A DNA stretch of 64,000 nucleotides, from positions 241,647 through 305,646 of the forward strand of contig JAYSCY010000006.1 of NCBI GenBank assembly GCA_041914645.1, given 5' to 3'. The notes under the pieces were generated by a model, which saw nothing but the letters and a program-made list of their open reading frames with translations, made no database searches and had not been told where the DNA came from. This document shows positions 62,959 to 64,000 of the stretch, in pieces. Positions within the stretch are counted from its first letter, which is position 1; each line of letters opens with the position of its first letter. The translations under genes and the position numbers were made by a program. This DNA is from Permianibacter sp. (GTDB taxonomy: Bacteria > Pseudomonadota > Gammaproteobacteria > Enterobacterales > Permianibacteraceae).

Positions 62959-64000
62959 TCAGCGCGCTGGCGACAACGCACGCAATCGTTCAGTGCGAAC
63001 CGCAGCCGGCAGAAAGCTCCAGGCGACGAATCGGCTCTGCTTCTGCCCCTGTGCCATTGTCACGGTTTTTCGGCTGTCGATACCGGCGCTGTCCAAGGCC
63101 CGATAAATTGCCGGCAGATTGGCCGACTTGGAAACCAGCGTGCTGAACCACAGCACCTGTGTTTTGAACAGCACACTCTCGGCGATCAGGGTCTGGATAA
63201 ATTGCAGTTCGCCGCCGGGGCAGGTAAGTTCGGCGGTCTGACCGCCGAAATTCAATGCGGCTGCGTTGTCGTTTGCACGCGGCTTAACGCGCTGCTGTTG
63301 CAACGGCGAATCGTTCTTTGCGGCATTGGCCGCCAATCCGCGCAATTTGCGTTCGGTGCCGGCGCGCGCGTCAGCCAACGAGGCGTGGAACGGCGGATTG
63401 CAGAGCGTCAGGGCAAACCTTTCTTCCGGCTGGATGATGCCGCGCAACATCTGTTCGCGGTGCACCTGCATCTGCAGGCTGATGTGAGTCGCTGCCTGCG
63501 GATTGCGGTGCAGGATGTGTTCGGCATTGAGTAGCGCCGGTTCATCGATGTCGGTGCCGACAAACGACCAGCCGTATTCGTGTTGACCGAGCAGCGGATA
63601 GACCAGATTGGCACCGGTGCCGATATCGAGGACACGCACCGCCTCACCGCGCGGTGGTCGACCGCCGGCGTCGGCCGCGAGCAAGTCGGCAGCGTAATGC
63701 ACATAGTCGGCCCGGCCCGGAATCGGGGGGCACAGATAACCCGGGGGCAGGTCCCAGTCACTGATGCCGTAATGGTTCTGCAACAGGGCGCGATTGAGGG
63801 CAGTCACTGCCAGCGGGTTACTGAAATCGATGGTCAGGGTCTTGTCCGGTCCGGGCACAACGAAGGCCGCAAAGGCGGGTTCCGCCGCCGCCAGCGCGGC
63901 CAGATCGTAGCGCCCGTGATGACGGTTGCGCGGGTGCAGCGCGCTCGTGGCGGTGCCGGGGCGAGCCGACGCGCCGGCAGTCTTGGCTCGGGGGGAGCGC
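62959..64000 (-). CDS. rlmF: 23S rRNA (adenine1618-N6)-methyltransferase, partial (5' end beyond the window)
   Basis: ...LHPRNRHHGRYDLAAL...IDFSNPLAVTALNRALLQNHYGISDWDLPPGYLCPPIPGRADYVHY...LDIGTGANLVYPLLG...CNPPFH. The frame stays open upstream of the track ORF start (63858) to the window edge. Confidence 0.88.
   Translation of the reverse strand, partial: RSPRAKTAGASARPGTATSALHPRNRHHGRYDLAALAAAEPAFAAFVVPGPDKTLTIDFSNPLAVTALNRALLQNHYGISDWDLPPGYLCPPIPGRADYVHYAADLLAADAGGRPPRGEAVRVLDIGTGANLVYPLLGQHEYGWSFVGTDIDEPALLNAEHILHRNPQAATHISLQMQVHREQMLRGIIQPEERFALTLCNPPFHASLADARAGTERKLRGLAANAAKNDSPLQQQRVKPRANDNAAALNFGGQTAELTCPGGELQFIQTLIAESVLFKTQVLWFSTLVSKSANLPAIYRALDSAGIDSRKTVTMAQGQKQSRFVAWSFLPAAVRTERLRALSPAR

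Overview
This is a densely coding chromosomal segment with high G+C content, probably from a gammaproteobacterium. I base that guess on an enterobacterial-style ilv leader, hemL/thiE/thiD neighbourhood, an AlgZ/AlgR-like two-component pair and an RND efflux operon. I recognised no rRNA, tRNA, CRISPR array, transposase or integrase.

Gene content in order:
- A partial TetR regulator.
- A leader-peptide-attenuated branched-chain amino-acid operon, ilvL-ilvC-ilvGM-cimA-ilvE-(REP)-ilvD, with citramalate synthase where ilvA usually sits.
- An M28 peptidase, two GGDEF cyclases and a thioesterase.
- A translationally coupled pair: a di-haem CCP/MauG/RoxA-like cytochrome c and a patatin-like phospholipase with a polytopic membrane insertion. 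This is my best candidate for an undescribed system.
- A kynurenine / 3-hydroxyanthranilate / 2-aminomuconate catabolic cluster (kmo, kynU, cyclase/kynB, ACMSD, HAO, RidA-type deaminase, and a separated aldehyde dehydrogenase).
- More c-di-GMP genes: a GGDEF-EAL, an HD-GYP, and an H-NOX coupled to a PAS-GGDEF-EAL.
- A pectin-acetylesterase-like hydrolase and a PEP-CTERM protein on an AT-rich islet.
- A TetR regulator plus an RND tripartite efflux operon.
- hemL, an aspartate carbamoyltransferase and thiE.
- Two diverged tandem secreted S8 protease paralogues inserted between thiE and thiD.
- A rubredoxin whose 3' end is tandemly duplicated, chained by TGATG overlaps to a LytS/AlgZ-type kinase and a LytTR regulator.
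- A second AT-rich islet (Zn-ribbon membrane protein plus a DUF4272-like protein), an acyltransferase-3, an ABC exporter and a partial rlmF.

Two families of REP/MITE-like palindromic intergenic elements recur. All calls rest on hand reading of motifs and the ORF track. No database search was run.
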